Shown: positions 1 to 9,880, counted from the first letter of the stretch. The stretch: DNA of 64,000 nt from a bacterium (GCA_040752695.1 JBFMGO010000004.1:13904-77903), one strand, 5' to 3'. Program-made: numbers and translations. The notes: generated by a model not told the origin, from the letters alone.

Positions 1-1051
1 GTTCCCTTTTCGCTCTTTCGGCCTCCTCTTCTCCTTCCTTGATTTCTTTCATCGTCAGTCGAAGGTCTTCAATGCTCAATCCAGCCTCTTGCTCAGCGCG
101 CTTGACTTTCCGGTAGATAGTGCTCAAAATTCTCTCGTAATGGACGAGATCTTCCTCTGAAGTGGAAAAAGAAGCATCCATGCGCTGCTTGCCGCGCTGT
201 TTGATTATCCTGCGCAGGTCCAGATAGCTTATCCCGATTTCCTTCTCAACCATTTGCATCTCTTTGACGGCATGGTCGATCTGATCCAGAAACAGCCTGA
301 TCTTTTCGACAATTTTGGTAATCTGACGCGAATCCATGGGAATCATTCTGATGAGCTTGACAATCTGTGCCTGTTTTTTCAAAATCAGGTTGCCGATTCT
401 TTTTCGCTGAACAGCGTCCACGTCCCTTTTGCCGGATTCCAGATGAAGGGCATGGATATCCGTCTCAAGCTTTTCAATGGACTCAACCATCTTGATAAAG
501 TTGCCGGTCGCCTCGGCCTCGGCGTCTTCAAAGTGCAGGCCATCCTCGCTCTCAACAGACTGAAGATCTTTGACCGTGGTTCGCCCCTCTATCAGCCGGT
601 TCTTCAAGTCTATGATCTCCCGGTAGGCGATGGGGGTTTTGGTAATGGCCTTGAGCATCTTCTGCTTGCCCTGCTCTATCCTTTTGGCGATCCGAACCTC
701 ATCGTCTCGCGTAAGCAGGGGGACCGTTCCCATCTCTCTCAGGTATAACCGTACCGGATCGTCCGTTCTGCCAACGTACGTCCCTGAGACTTCCTCTTCC
801 AGTTCAGTGAGTCCTAAATCACTGAGCTTTTCTTCGGATTCGAGCTTTTCTTCGGCATACTTGTTTTTTTCTGTCTCATCAATAATGTTAATATCCATTT
901 CATTAAACATAATAAATATATCATCAATTTCTCCCGATGATACCACATCATCGGGAAGAAAGTCATTTACTTCTTCATAGGTTAGATAACCCTTTTCCTT
1001 GCCAATGGAAATCAGCTGTTTAACCTGATCCACCTTTACTTCGTTAGACAT
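1..1051 (-). CDS. rpoD: RNA polymerase sigma-70 factor RpoD, N-terminal ~350 aa; the 3' end runs off the window edge
   Basis: Own minus-strand translation from ATG 1051..1049 gives MSNEVKVDQVKQLISIGKEKGYLTYEEVNDFLP..., then DDPVRLYLREMGTVPLLTRDDEVRIAKRIE (sigma-70 region 1.2 signature). The frame stays open to position 1. It lies downstream of rpsU-dnaG as in the classical operon. It is absent from the ORF track because it is open at the edge. Confidence 0.9.
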   Translation of the reverse strand, partial: MSNEVKVDQVKQLISIGKEKGYLTYEEVNDFLPDDVVSSGEIDDIFIMFNEMDINIIDETEKNKYAEEKLESEEKLSDLGLTELEEEVSGTYVGRTDDPVRLYLREMGTVPLLTRDDEVRIAKRIEQGKQKMLKAITKTPIAYREIIDLKNRLIEGRTTVKDLQSVESEDGLHFEDAEAEATGNFIKMVESIEKLETDIHALHLESGKRDVDAVQRKRIGNLILKKQAQIVKLIRMIPMDSRQITKIVEKIRLFLDQIDHAVKEMQMVEKEIGISYLDLRRIIKQRGKQRMDASFSTSEEDLVHYERILSTIYRKVKRAEQEAGLSIEDLRLTMKEIKEGEEEAERAKRE

Positions 1052-1147
1052 TTTTTCTCCTTTCTTCTAGCCCATTATATAATCAAATACATAAAATGGC
1101 AAGAAAAATAGTTTATATCCCTTTGAAAGATAATCTATAATGAGCGA

Positions 1148-2998
1148 TTAGCTTATCATAATTTTTTTCTTTATTTCTGAATATTCTTTAAGCAACACAT
1201 TGATCTGTGGATCATTATGTGGCTTTGACTTGATTTCATCATGCAAATACTGCAATTTTTTTATTAAATCACGGCTTTTTATCTTTGCTACACAATCGTG
1301 GAATTCTTTGCTGATATCCCCATGGTCTACTTCCTCAAAGAGAAAACCGGATATTACTCCTTTTAACTTTTCGTCTTTTAGTGCGAATATCAATTCTTCT
1401 GGTCTGATTCGCCCTCTTTCCCGCCAAAGGGAAAACACCTCTTTGGCGATCTGCTTCATCGGTTCAGATTGGAAGTCATTGTCCAGGATCGATTTCTCTA
1501 TCACGTCCTCCATAGGTACGTCACCGCGGCAGATGAGGCCCAGAAGCATCCGTTCCGCGACCTGGGTTGCATCGAGCACTGATACGCTTTCCTTTTTGCC
1601 CTGTACACCTTTTGGCATGGGTGCGCCCTGTGCTCTTTGACGGATACCCGGCATCGGCTGCCGTGATTCTTGAACCTTGTGGTGCAACTCGTCTAAGATT
1701 ATTTCCTCGCGAATATCGAGAAGCTTTGCAACTTGCTGTACATATTCCATTCGAACCAAAGTGTCGAAAACTTTGGATAAAATTGCCAAAATTTCTCTCG
1801 TTGCCCTTACTTTTCCCTCAACGGTCGAAATACCATTTCGTTGAATAGCTTGGTTAATGAGGAATTCAACGGCTGGGGTGCCTTGGTCAATTCGTTTATT
1901 CAATTCTAAAGGACCATACTGCCTGATAAAGCTATCAGGATCATGCCCGCCCGGAAGCATGACGATCCGAACATCGACGCCTTGCTTTTCAAAAATGTCG
2001 AGTCCGCGCAGCATTGCTGAGATTCCTGCCTGGTCGCCATCATAGATAAAGACTGCTTTCTTGGTATAGCGTTCAAGAAGTTTTACCTGCCCCAGGGTTA
2101 AAGAAGTTCCAAGAGTAGCAATTGCATTTTTTATGCCTGCCTGATACAGGGAGAGAAAATCCATGTATCCCTCAACAACGATGGCGTACCCGCTGGTGCG
2201 AATAAACTGCCTGGCCTGATAGAGGCCGTACAGGCTGTTACTCTTGCTGTAAACCAGTGTCTCGGATGAATTCAGATATTTCGGTCCGAAGGATTCATCT
2301 GCTATCTTTCGTCCTCCCAGGGCGATAATCCGACCATCCTGATTGTATATGGGAAAGATAATGCGCCCCCGAAACCGGTCATACCCCTCATCCTGCCCTT
2401 GGTGTTGGCCTTGGTGCTGTCCCTGCCGAAGGGAGGCAAGGCCGGCATCCTGAGCTTCTTTAAGGGAAATATTTTTTTTCCGTAAAAAGTGAAGCAAATT
2501 TTTCCCCGAATCACTGCTCCATCCTAAACAGAATTCCGTCACGGTTTCATGATTCACCCTTCTGGATTCCAGGTACCTTTGGGCACTTTTGCCGGTTGCT
2601 GACTTCATGAGCAGGTCATGATAGTAGCGGGCAGCCAGCTCATTCACCTGCATGATCGCTTCTTTTTCTTTTCTCTTATGGTCTTGGGGGACCATGCCGT
2701 TCTCGTCGGGAAGCTGTATGCCTTTGCGCTGAGCTAAGAATTCGACTGCCTCCACAAAAGAACAGTTTTCAAACTTCATGAGAAATGTTATGATATCCCC
2801 GCCGGCACCGCAGCCAAAGCAATAAAAGAGCTGCTTCTGCGGGCTTACGGTAAAAGAGGGGGTCTTCTCGGAATGGAAGGGGCAAAGGCCTTTAAGCCTT
2901 TCTCCTGCTTTCGTGAGGGAAACAAATTCTGATATCACCTCCACGATATCGAAGCCCTGCACAACCTGATCTATCGTTTCCTTCGGAAGATGCTTCAA
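1148..2998 (-). CDS. dnaG: DNA primase
   Basis: 616-aa ORF with CHC2 zinc finger CPFHSEKTPSFTVSPQKQLFYCFGCGAGGD and TOPRIM motifs VVEGYMDFLSL and YDGDQAG. The start is TTG at 2998 with AGAGGA 6 nt upstream. Confidence 0.95.
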   Translation of the reverse strand: MKHLPKETIDQVVQGFDIVEVISEFVSLTKAGERLKGLCPFHSEKTPSFTVSPQKQLFYCFGCGAGGDIITFLMKFENCSFVEAVEFLAQRKGIQLPDENGMVPQDHKRKEKEAIMQVNELAARYYHDLLMKSATGKSAQRYLESRRVNHETVTEFCLGWSSDSGKNLLHFLRKKNISLKEAQDAGLASLRQGQHQGQHQGQDEGYDRFRGRIIFPIYNQDGRIIALGGRKIADESFGPKYLNSSETLVYSKSNSLYGLYQARQFIRTSGYAIVVEGYMDFLSLYQAGIKNAIATLGTSLTLGQVKLLERYTKKAVFIYDGDQAGISAMLRGLDIFEKQGVDVRIVMLPGGHDPDSFIRQYGPLELNKRIDQGTPAVEFLINQAIQRNGISTVEGKVRATREILAILSKVFDTLVRMEYVQQVAKLLDIREEIILDELHHKVQESRQPMPGIRQRAQGAPMPKGVQGKKESVSVLDATQVAERMLLGLICRGDVPMEDVIEKSILDNDFQSEPMKQIAKEVFSLWRERGRIRPEELIFALKDEKLKGVISGFLFEEVDHGDISKEFHDCVAKIKSRDLIKKLQYLHDEIKSKPHNDPQINVLLKEYSEIKKKIMIS

Positions 2999-3012
2999 AC
3001 AAAGTCCTCTTT

Positions 3013-3040
3013 ACAATACATTCTCAACAATACATTCTCA
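3013..3040. repeat. Perfect 14-bp tandem direct repeat (ACAATACATTCTCA x2) directly upstream of the dnaG ribosome-binding site
   Basis: Read directly: 3013-3026 and 3027-3040 are identical. On the minus strand the repeat ends 2 nt before the AGAGGA of dnaG. Confidence 0.9.
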
Positions 3041-3540
3041 TGATTGTTATATATTATATTATGGAAAATACCCGGCTCAACATTGATGCTTCTCGCTCAA
3101 CAGGTTTTTGAGCGATTCTTTATCTCTTATATCAAGCTCCATGTATGTATACCAAGCTTCATATACAAATAAATCATATTCGGATAAATGCCTGGGTAGA
3201 CGCTGGGAGAGAATTAGCAGGCAGGTGAGAATCTTCTTTTGAGCAAGATACTCTCTGGCTCTCTTCAGGATATTTCAGTCCACAAGGCTTTGACAAGAAC
3301 CCGGCTTAATGTCAAAAGTACAGCTTAGAATTCGTTTATACTAAGCTTTCTTTGCCCTCATTGGTTTAGATTCTCTTCTTTTGGAAACTTAAAAGTTAAA
3401 AAGTCATAGTAGGCATTACTCTCGGTATCACTCAGTGAATATAAGAATGGATACGCGATATGCCCTAAGAAATTTTTCTCCTTCAAGAAGGAAAAACAAT
3501 AGCCTAAAAATCATGTAAGACACTTTTTGGCAATTTATTG

Positions 3541-3575
3541 AAAAAAAAAGATTCGGGATGTAAACATCCCGAATC
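3541..3575 (-). terminator. Rho-independent terminator after rpsU
   Basis: 11-bp perfect stem GATTCGGGATG / CATCCCGAATC (3550-3560 / 3565-3575) with a 4-nt loop. On the minus strand it is followed by a run of 9 T (3541-3549). It lies 31 nt downstream of the rpsU stop. Confidence 0.85.
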
Positions 3576-3605
3576 ATACTTGCCAAATTTCAGCTACCAT
3601 GAAAA

Positions 3606-3791
3606 TTACACCTTTTTCTTTTGCGCTTTTTTCCGAGCAGCGATAGCTTTTCTTTTTCTCCTGGCGCTGGGCTTCTCGTAGTGTTCCCTTCGCCGAAACT
3701 CAGTCAGAACTCCTGACTTTTCACATTGCTTCTTGAATCTACGCAAAGCACTTTCAAAGGATTCGTCTTCCCTTATCTTTACAACTGGCAA
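3606..3791 (-). CDS. rpsU: 30S ribosomal protein S21
   Basis: 61-aa [51 protein letters not shown], a typical S21 sequence. It is upstream of dnaG-rpoD. Confidence 0.95.
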   Translation of the reverse strand: MPVVKIREDESFESALRRFKKQCEKSGVLTEFRRREHYEKPSARRKRKAIAARKKAQKKKV

Positions 3792-3862
3792 TCATTTTCC
3801 CTCCCTCCGAACATATATTTATATCTCATCTACATGATATTTTACACTCGCCTAAAATAGAT

Positions 3863-3891
3863 AGTATAGCTACAATTATAAAAGTTGTCAA
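3863..3891 (-). promoter_or_regulatory. Putative sigma-70 promoter for rpsU (TTGACA-N17-TATACT on the minus strand)
   Basis: Minus strand reads cTTGACAacttttataattgtagcTATACT, about 70 nt upstream of the rpsU start. Confidence 0.5.
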
Positions 3892-4116
3892 GTACAAATT
3901 CAATGTGTCTGATGTACCAACAGTCTTTGATTGAAACCATCCGTATCATTCAAGGGGAGAAACCACACGAATACAGCGCTGTACCCGTTATGCTGTCATG
4001 TGAAGTCGAGTATCCGTCTTTTTATTCATCTACCTGTTATTATTCGTCCACTCTCTATATACTTATTAGTCGGCTTCTTGGCATCGTTTAATCGAACAAA
4101 TCGACAGTCCGGGATA

Positions 4117-4145
4117 TTGACAATCAAAAAGCCGTATGGTTTAAT
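4117..4145 (+). promoter_or_regulatory. Putative sigma-70 promoter for the apgM-like/lysC unit (TTGACA-N17-TTTAAT)
   Basis: TTGACA at 4117-4122, a 17-nt spacer, and TTTAAT at 4140-4145, about 70 nt upstream of the 4218 start. Confidence 0.45.
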
Positions 4146-4217
4146 GGACCTCTCAAAATGAAAGATTCTGACAATGACCATCGGGGCAAGGGTCTTGAGA
4201 GCGGATGGAGCTAAAAA

Positions 4218-5456
4218 ATGGTAAAGGTTGCCAAGAAGACTGACCAGACCAAGTATATTATCCTGCTGGGAGATGGGATGAGCGATTATCCTATCCCCAA
4301 GCTCAAAAACCAGACTGTCCTGGAATATGCCCATACTCCGAACATGGATTTTATCGCTCAGCACGGGATACTGGGACAGGTAAAAACAGTTCCGGACTCT
4401 TTCAGCCCGGGAAGTGATGTGGCCAATCTTTCCGTTCTGGGCTATGATCCCCGTCTCTACTATACCGGCCGGGCTCCGCTGGAGGCGGCCAGCATCGGGG
4501 TGAGCCTGGCGCCCCTGGATGTGGCTTTTCGCTGCAATTTCGTTACCCTCGAAGGGGGAAAAATGAAGGATTTCAGTGCCGGCCATATTTCTACGGATGA
4601 AGCCCGATCTCTTATTCAGGAATTGGATAGGCGGCTGGGGTCATCAGAATTCCAATTTTTTTGCGGCACCAGCTACAGGCATCTTCTCGTCTGGCGGGAA
4701 GGCTTAGAGCGGATGCTCTTAACGCCCCCCCATGACATTTCCGATCAGTCCATTGAGGCCCATCTCCCTCAAGGGGAGGGATCAGATCGGCTTTTGGACT
4801 TGATGTCCCGCTCGCAGGACCTTTTGAAAGACCATCCGGTCAACCGTCAGCGGGCTGCCAAAGGATTGCCTGAGGCCAATTCCATATGGCTGTGGGGCCA
4901 GGGTCGCGCGCCTCAAATGCCCACATTCTTTGAAAAATATGAAAAAAGCGGCGCTATCATCTCCGCGGTCGATCTTCTCAAGGGGATTGGCCGATATCTG
5001 GGACTTGAGATCATTTCGGTGCCAGGAGCCACCGGCTACCTTGACACCAATTATGCAGGCAAGGCTGATTATGCCCTGGAATCCCTGCTGGAGCACGATC
5101 TGGTCTATGTTCATGTTGAGGCTCCCGACGAAGCAGGGCACAATGGCGATTTGAAAGCCAAAATTCAGGCCATAGAGGATTTCGATCGGCTGATCGTAGG
5201 GAATGTTTTAAATAAAATTACTCAATTCTCCTCGTTTCGGGTCATGATCCTGCCGGATCACCCGACCCCTGTTTCCATTCGAACGCACACCAGCGATCCG
5301 GTTCCTATGGCGATTTTCCCTTCGAATGGAAAAGAAGGAGCCGATAAGACAACTAGGCGAAAAAGAAAATTTAATGAACATGATGCCCGCGCCGGGATAT
5401 CTTTCCCCGAGGGGCATACGTTGATGGATTTTTTCTTGCAGAGGAGCGAACCTTAA
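4218..5456 (+). CDS. Cofactor-independent phosphoglycerate mutase (ApgM) family metalloenzyme; likely the proposed non-orthologous homoserine kinase subgroup
   Basis: 412 aa with metal-site motifs LLGDGMSD and VHVEAPDEAGHNGD typical of archaeal-type iPGM. It ends 1 nt before lysC. Confidence 0.8.
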   Translation: MVKVAKKTDQTKYIILLGDGMSDYPIPKLKNQTVLEYAHTPNMDFIAQHGILGQVKTVPDSFSPGSDVANLSVLGYDPRLYYTGRAPLEAASIGVSLAPLDVAFRCNFVTLEGGKMKDFSAGHISTDEARSLIQELDRRLGSSEFQFFCGTSYRHLLVWREGLERMLLTPPHDISDQSIEAHLPQGEGSDRLLDLMSRSQDLLKDHPVNRQRAAKGLPEANSIWLWGQGRAPQMPTFFEKYEKSGAIISAVDLLKGIGRYLGLEIISVPGATGYLDTNYAGKADYALESLLEHDLVYVHVEAPDEAGHNGDLKAKIQAIEDFDRLIVGNVLNKITQFSSFRVMILPDHPTPVSIRTHTSDPVPMAIFPSNGKEGADKTTRRKRKFNEHDARAGISFPEGHTLMDFFLQRSEP

Positions 5457-5457
5457 A

Positions 5458-6690
5458 ATGAGGCTGGTAGTCCAGAAGTACGGCGGCACTTCAGTGGGAA
5501 GTATCGAAAGGATTCAGGCTGTAGCCAAAAGAGTGGTGGAAACCCGCAAGGAAGGCAATCTCGTGGTTGCGGTAGTATCAGCCATGAGTGGAGAAACGGA
5601 CCGTTTAATCAACCTGGCGCTTAAGGTCTCGGAATATCCCAGGGAGAGAGAACTGGACATGCTCATATCCACCGGAGAGCAAGTCTCCATGGCCTTATTG
5701 GCCATAGCTATTCATGAACTGGGATATGAAGCTAAATCCATGACAGGCCATCAGGCCAGAATTCTGACCAACCGGGACCATACCAAAGCCAAAATTCTTG
5801 CCATTGAGACTGAAAAGATATTCAAGGAACTGGAAGATGGGAAAATTGTCATTGTGGCCGGGTTTCAAGGCTGCGATGATCAAGGAGAAATCACCACCCT
5901 GGGCCGTGGAGGCTCTGATCTTTCAGCAGTTGCCCTGGCTGCCAGTCTGAAGGCGGATGTGTGTGAAATCTACACCGATGTGAGCGGAGTATTCACCGCT
6001 GATCCCAACATTGTCCCGGAGGCTGCCAAAATTCAAAAAATTTCCTATGATGAGATGCTGGAGCTGGCCGGTCTTGGAGCTAAAGTCCTGCAAACCAGAT
6101 CGGTGGAATATGCTAAAAGGTATGGGATTCCTGTACATGTACGGTCAAGCTTTAATAATGAAGAAGGAACCCTGGTCACAGGGGAGGACGTGGAAATGGA
6201 AAGCATTTTAGTCAGAGGTGTAACCTGTAGCAAAAATGAGGCTAAGATAACGATTAATGGAGTACCTGATAAGCCTGGGATTGCGGCTAAAATTTTTTCG
6301 GAAATCTCCAAGGCCAATATCATGGTGGATATGATTATTCAAAACGTCAGCGAGCAGGGGAAAACCGATATCTCCTTTACGGTTCCCAAGGTTGAAATCG
6401 GCAAGGCTGTTGAAACAATCAAAAAGATTTCAGTTGACCTGGGCATCCTGGATATTAAGAGTGATCCCAAGATCGCCAAGATTTCCGTGGTGGGGCTGGG
6501 TATGCGAAGCCATACCGGCGTTGCTTCGACCATGTTCAGTTCCCTAGCTGAGGTGGGCGTTAATATCCTGATGATTTCTACCTCCGAGATCGCCATATCC
6601 TGCGTTATAGACGATAAATTCAGCGAGTTGGGCGTGCGGGTCCTCCACGAGGCTTTCGGACTGAGCGAGCAGGGAGTAAAAACGAGCTAA
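5458..6690 (+). CDS. lysC: Aspartate kinase (monofunctional class, two C-terminal ACT domains)
   Basis: 410 aa with N-terminal VVQKYGGTSVGSIERI. Also AVVSAMSGETDRL and an ACT-like C-terminus (ITINGVPDKPGIAAKIF..., ISVVGLGMRSHTGVAS). Confidence 0.95.
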   Translation: MRLVVQKYGGTSVGSIERIQAVAKRVVETRKEGNLVVAVVSAMSGETDRLINLALKVSEYPRERELDMLISTGEQVSMALLAIAIHELGYEAKSMTGHQARILTNRDHTKAKILAIETEKIFKELEDGKIVIVAGFQGCDDQGEITTLGRGGSDLSAVALAASLKADVCEIYTDVSGVFTADPNIVPEAAKIQKISYDEMLELAGLGAKVLQTRSVEYAKRYGIPVHVRSSFNNEEGTLVTGEDVEMESILVRGVTCSKNEAKITINGVPDKPGIAAKIFSEISKANIMVDMIIQNVSEQGKTDISFTVPKVEIGKAVETIKKISVDLGILDIKSDPKIAKISVVGLGMRSHTGVASTMFSSLAEVGVNILMISTSEIAISCVIDDKFSELGVRVLHEAFGLSEQGVKTS

Positions 6691-6722
6691 ATGGTCTATT
6701 CAAAGCATGGAGGCGCTTTCCC

Positions 6723-6959
6723 ATGTTAGGTTTTGATCGGATTACTTTTGATCCCAATGTGATGGGCGGTCGGGCATGCATTCGAGGGATGCGCATTACG
6801 GTTTCCCTGATTGTCAATCTGATAGCCAGCGATATGAGCACAGAGGATATTCTTGAAGCCTATCCATACCTGGAACCGGACGATGTCCGTCAAGCGCTTA
6901 AATACGCTGCCTGGCTGGCCGAGGATACCATTCATCCTCTGGAGCCGATATCGACATGA
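6723..6959 (+). CDS. DUF433 (COG2442) small DNA-binding protein, putative antitoxin
   Basis: 78 aa with the DPNVMGGRACIRGMRITV...ILEAYPYLEPDDVRQALKYA pattern typical of DUF433. It has a 4-bp ATGA overlap with the next gene. Confidence 0.8.
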   Translation: MLGFDRITFDPNVMGGRACIRGMRITVSLIVNLIASDMSTEDILEAYPYLEPDDVRQALKYAAWLAEDTIHPLEPIST

Positions 6960-7321
6960 AATTTCTGGCAGATATGGGTATCTCGCCAAAGGCGGCTGTA
7001 TTTTTACAGATGCTTGGTTCTGATGCTGTGCACTTACACGACCAGGGGCTTGACAGACTGGCGGATTCAGCCATTTTAGCAAAGGCTCGAAATGAAGACC
7101 GGATCCTGCTCACCCATGATCTTGACTTTGGCGAATTGGTTGCTGCCAGTAGAGCTCAATTACCAAGTGTCGTAATCTTTCGCTTACGCAGCATGCGACC
7201 TGACCGGGTAAATCGATACCTTGAAATAATTATTTCCCAATACCGGCACGTGCTTGAGCAGGGCGCGATAATCAGTGTGAGCGAAGAGCAAATTCGGGTG
7301 CGTACTCTCCCCATAGGATAA
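6956..7321 (+). CDS. DUF5615 (COG4634) PIN-like protein, putative toxin partner of DUF433
   Basis: 121 aa beginning MKFLADMGISPK, with ...DSAILAKARNEDRILLTHDLDFGEL, a typical DUF5615/Mut7-C-like layout. It is translationally coupled to the DUF433 gene. Confidence 0.75.
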   Translation: MKFLADMGISPKAAVFLQMLGSDAVHLHDQGLDRLADSAILAKARNEDRILLTHDLDFGELVAASRAQLPSVVIFRLRSMRPDRVNRYLEIIISQYRHVLEQGAIISVSEEQIRVRTLPIG

Positions 7322-7327
7322 AAGTAT

Positions 7328-8941
7328 ATGGAAAATCAGGTACTAATCTACGACACTACCTTACGGGACGGCACTCAGGCCGAAGGGGTATCCCTGCAGG
7401 TAGAGGACAAGCTGCGGATTGCCCGAAAGCTGGACGAGCTTGGAATCCACTACATAGAAGGTGGATGGCCGGGCTCAAACCCGAAGGATATCCTGTTTTT
7501 TGAGGAAATCAAGAAGGTTCCCATCCGGCAGGCCAAAATCGCCGCCTTCGGCAGCACGTGCAATCCCCGGTATCCGGTGGAGAAAGATCCCAATCTGGCT
7601 GCTCTCATCAGGGCAGAGGCACCGGTTATAACCCTTTTCGGAAAGAGCTGGGACCTTCATGTCACCGATGCGCTCAATATCTCTTTGGAGCGTAACCTTG
7701 ATTTGATCGCTGAATCGATCAGTCATGTGAAAAAGTATGCGGATGAGGTTTTATTCGATGCGGAGCATTTTTTCGACGGATACAAAAACAATCCCGGATA
7801 TGCCTTAAAGGCCATTCAGGCAGCCCAGGAAGCGGGGGCTGACTGTATTGTCCTGTGTGACACCAACGGCGGCATGCTCCCCTTCGAAATCGGGCCAATC
7901 CTTTTAGCAGTAAAAAAATCGGTCACTACTCCTTTTGGAATACATGCTCATAACGATTCCGAGACCGCCGTAGCCAATAGCCTCATGGCTGTTCAGCTTG
8001 GGGTAAACCATGTCCAGGGAACCATCAACGGCATTGGTGAGCGGTGTGGGAATGCCAATCTGTGCTCGATCATTCCGGGCCTTCAATTGAAGCTTGGCAA
8101 AAAATGCATCCTTGACGGGCAGTTGAGAAACCTCTTCGAGGTTTCCCGCTTTGTCAATGAAATCGCCAACATCAGCCCCTGGTGGAATCAGCCGTATGTT
8201 GGGGACTCGGCTTTCGCGCATAAAGGGGGCATTCACGTCAGTGCCATCCGGAAAAACTCCATGACCTACGAGCATATCGATCCTGCTCTGGTGGGCAATC
8301 AACAAAGGGTTTTGGTGTCCGAGCTTTCCGGAAAGAGCAACCTGCTCTACAAGGCCAGGGAATTCAATGTCGATCTCAGCAAAGATACACCGGAAACCGC
8401 CACCATCCTGAAGAAGTTAAAGGAATTGGAAAACCTCGGCTTTCAGTTCGAAGCTGCCGAAGGTTCTCTGGAACTTTTAATGAAAAAGGCTCTTGGAACC
8501 CACAAGACTTTCTTTGACCTGGTAGGGTTCCGGGTGATTGTGGAAAAGCGGGACGGAGATATGATTCCCATTACCGAGGCCACCATCCGCGTCAAGGTCA
8601 ATGGCCAGATCAGGTACACGGCAGCCATGGGAGATGGTCCGGTCGATGCTCTCGATGCAGCTTTCCGGGAGGCAGTGACAGGGTTTTATCCCAGCCTGAA
8701 GGATGTCAAGCTGATTGATTACAAGGTACGGATTCTCAACAATCAAGAGGGTACGGCTGCCAAGACACGGGTATTGATCGAGTCGCAGGATGAGCACAAA
8801 AAATGGGGCACCGTCGGGGTATCGGAGAACATCATCGAAGCCAGTTGGCAGGCCCTGGTCGATAGTATTGAGTACAAATTACTGAAGGATGAGGAGACAG
8901 CCGAACGTGAAGATACTGCGGATGAAAAAACCCCTGCCTGA
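7328..8941 (+). CDS. cimA: (R)-citramalate synthase (LeuA-related, CimA type)
   Basis: 537 aa with [29 protein letters not shown] and [12 protein letters not shown], plus a C-terminal LeuA-dimer-like regulatory domain. A canonical leuA is present separately at 50134. Confidence 0.85.
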   Translation: MENQVLIYDTTLRDGTQAEGVSLQVEDKLRIARKLDELGIHYIEGGWPGSNPKDILFFEEIKKVPIRQAKIAAFGSTCNPRYPVEKDPNLAALIRAEAPVITLFGKSWDLHVTDALNISLERNLDLIAESISHVKKYADEVLFDAEHFFDGYKNNPGYALKAIQAAQEAGADCIVLCDTNGGMLPFEIGPILLAVKKSVTTPFGIHAHNDSETAVANSLMAVQLGVNHVQGTINGIGERCGNANLCSIIPGLQLKLGKKCILDGQLRNLFEVSRFVNEIANISPWWNQPYVGDSAFAHKGGIHVSAIRKNSMTYEHIDPALVGNQQRVLVSELSGKSNLLYKAREFNVDLSKDTPETATILKKLKELENLGFQFEAAEGSLELLMKKALGTHKTFFDLVGFRVIVEKRDGDMIPITEATIRVKVNGQIRYTAAMGDGPVDALDAAFREAVTGFYPSLKDVKLIDYKVRILNNQEGTAAKTRVLIESQDEHKKWGTVGVSENIIEASWQALVDSIEYKLLKDEETAEREDTADEKTPA

Positions 8942-8974
8942 GCGCCTTAAAGAGGCGCCCCGGGTTCATGGTCT

Positions 8975-9880
8975 ATGAGCTTTTCTTTGGATATTAACGC
9001 ATATCTTGAAGAAAAAAAATTGCTTATCGAAGACTGGCTGGAAAAGGCCATCCCTTCTGAAAAATCTCTGCCTCCCGTTATTCATCAGGCCATGCGCTAC
9101 AGTCTCATGGCCAGAAGCAAAAGGATACGGCCTGTTTTGACCCTGGCCACGACCGAGTCGCTGGGAGGAAAGATCGAAAAGGCGCTCCCCTTTGCCTGCG
9201 CTCTGGAATTGATCCATACCTACTCGCTCATCCACGACGATCTGCCGGCTATGGATAATGACGATTTCCGGCGTGGAAAGCCGAGCAATCACAAGGCATT
9301 CGGAGAAGCCATGGCTATTTTGGCCGGAGATGCCCTCCTCACCCATGCCTTTTTCCTGATGAGCGCTCCCTATCCCTTCTCATCTTCCATATCGCCCTGG
9401 CTTGCCCTTGAGATTATCCAGGAAATAGCCAGAGCTGCCGGAACCGAAGGGATGATCGGCGGCCAGGTTATGGATATCCAACTCGAGGGGCAGTCCGCCG
9501 CTATCTCTCAAGTGGAGGACATGCACAACTGCAAGACCGGAGCCATGATTCTGGCAGCCGTCAGGGTGGGAGGCCTTTTGGCTGATGTCTCAGAGAAGCA
9601 ACTGGAAAGCCTTACCCTTTTCGGCCGCCATATCGGGCTTGCTTTTCAGATTGTCGATGATATTTTAAATGTTGAAGGTCAGCCGGAAATGCTGGGAAAG
9701 TCAGTGGGAAGCGACCAGTCGGCTAAAAAAGCCACCTTCCCGTCTGTATTGGGGCTGGAAGAGTCCAGGGCGTGTGCCCGGCAACACTACGATCTGGCCG
9801 CTCAGGCTTTGGAGATATTCGGTGAGCGGGCACATATCTTGCGCGAACTGGCCAGGTTTATTGTCTGCCGCGAATTTTGA
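8975..9880 (+). CDS. ispA: Polyprenyl (farnesyl/geranylgeranyl) diphosphate synthase
   Basis: 301 aa with a first aspartate-rich motif LIHDDLPAMDNDDFRRG and a second FQIVDDILN. It is immediately upstream of dxs. Confidence 0.9.
   Translation: MSFSLDINAYLEEKKLLIEDWLEKAIPSEKSLPPVIHQAMRYSLMARSKRIRPVLTLATTESLGGKIEKALPFACALELIHTYSLIHDDLPAMDNDDFRRGKPSNHKAFGEAMAILAGDALLTHAFFLMSAPYPFSSSISPWLALEIIQEIARAAGTEGMIGGQVMDIQLEGQSAAISQVEDMHNCKTGAMILAAVRVGGLLADVSEKQLESLTLFGRHIGLAFQIVDDILNVEGQPEMLGKSVGSDQSAKKATFPSVLGLEESRACARQHYDLAAQALEIFGERAHILRELARFIVCREF

Noticed and set aside
254-980. Plus-strand ORFs of 164 aa and 116 aa in the track.
   Set aside because: They lie antisense to a clean sigma-70 (rpoD) reading frame, have no recognisable motifs and are low-complexity. 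They are shadow ORFs.
2380-2425. A QGQHQGQHQGQDEG low-complexity insertion in DnaG, encoded by short ccttggtg-type repeats.
   Set aside because: It is a short in-frame linker expansion between primase domains. Such variable linkers are common, and there is no evidence of function.
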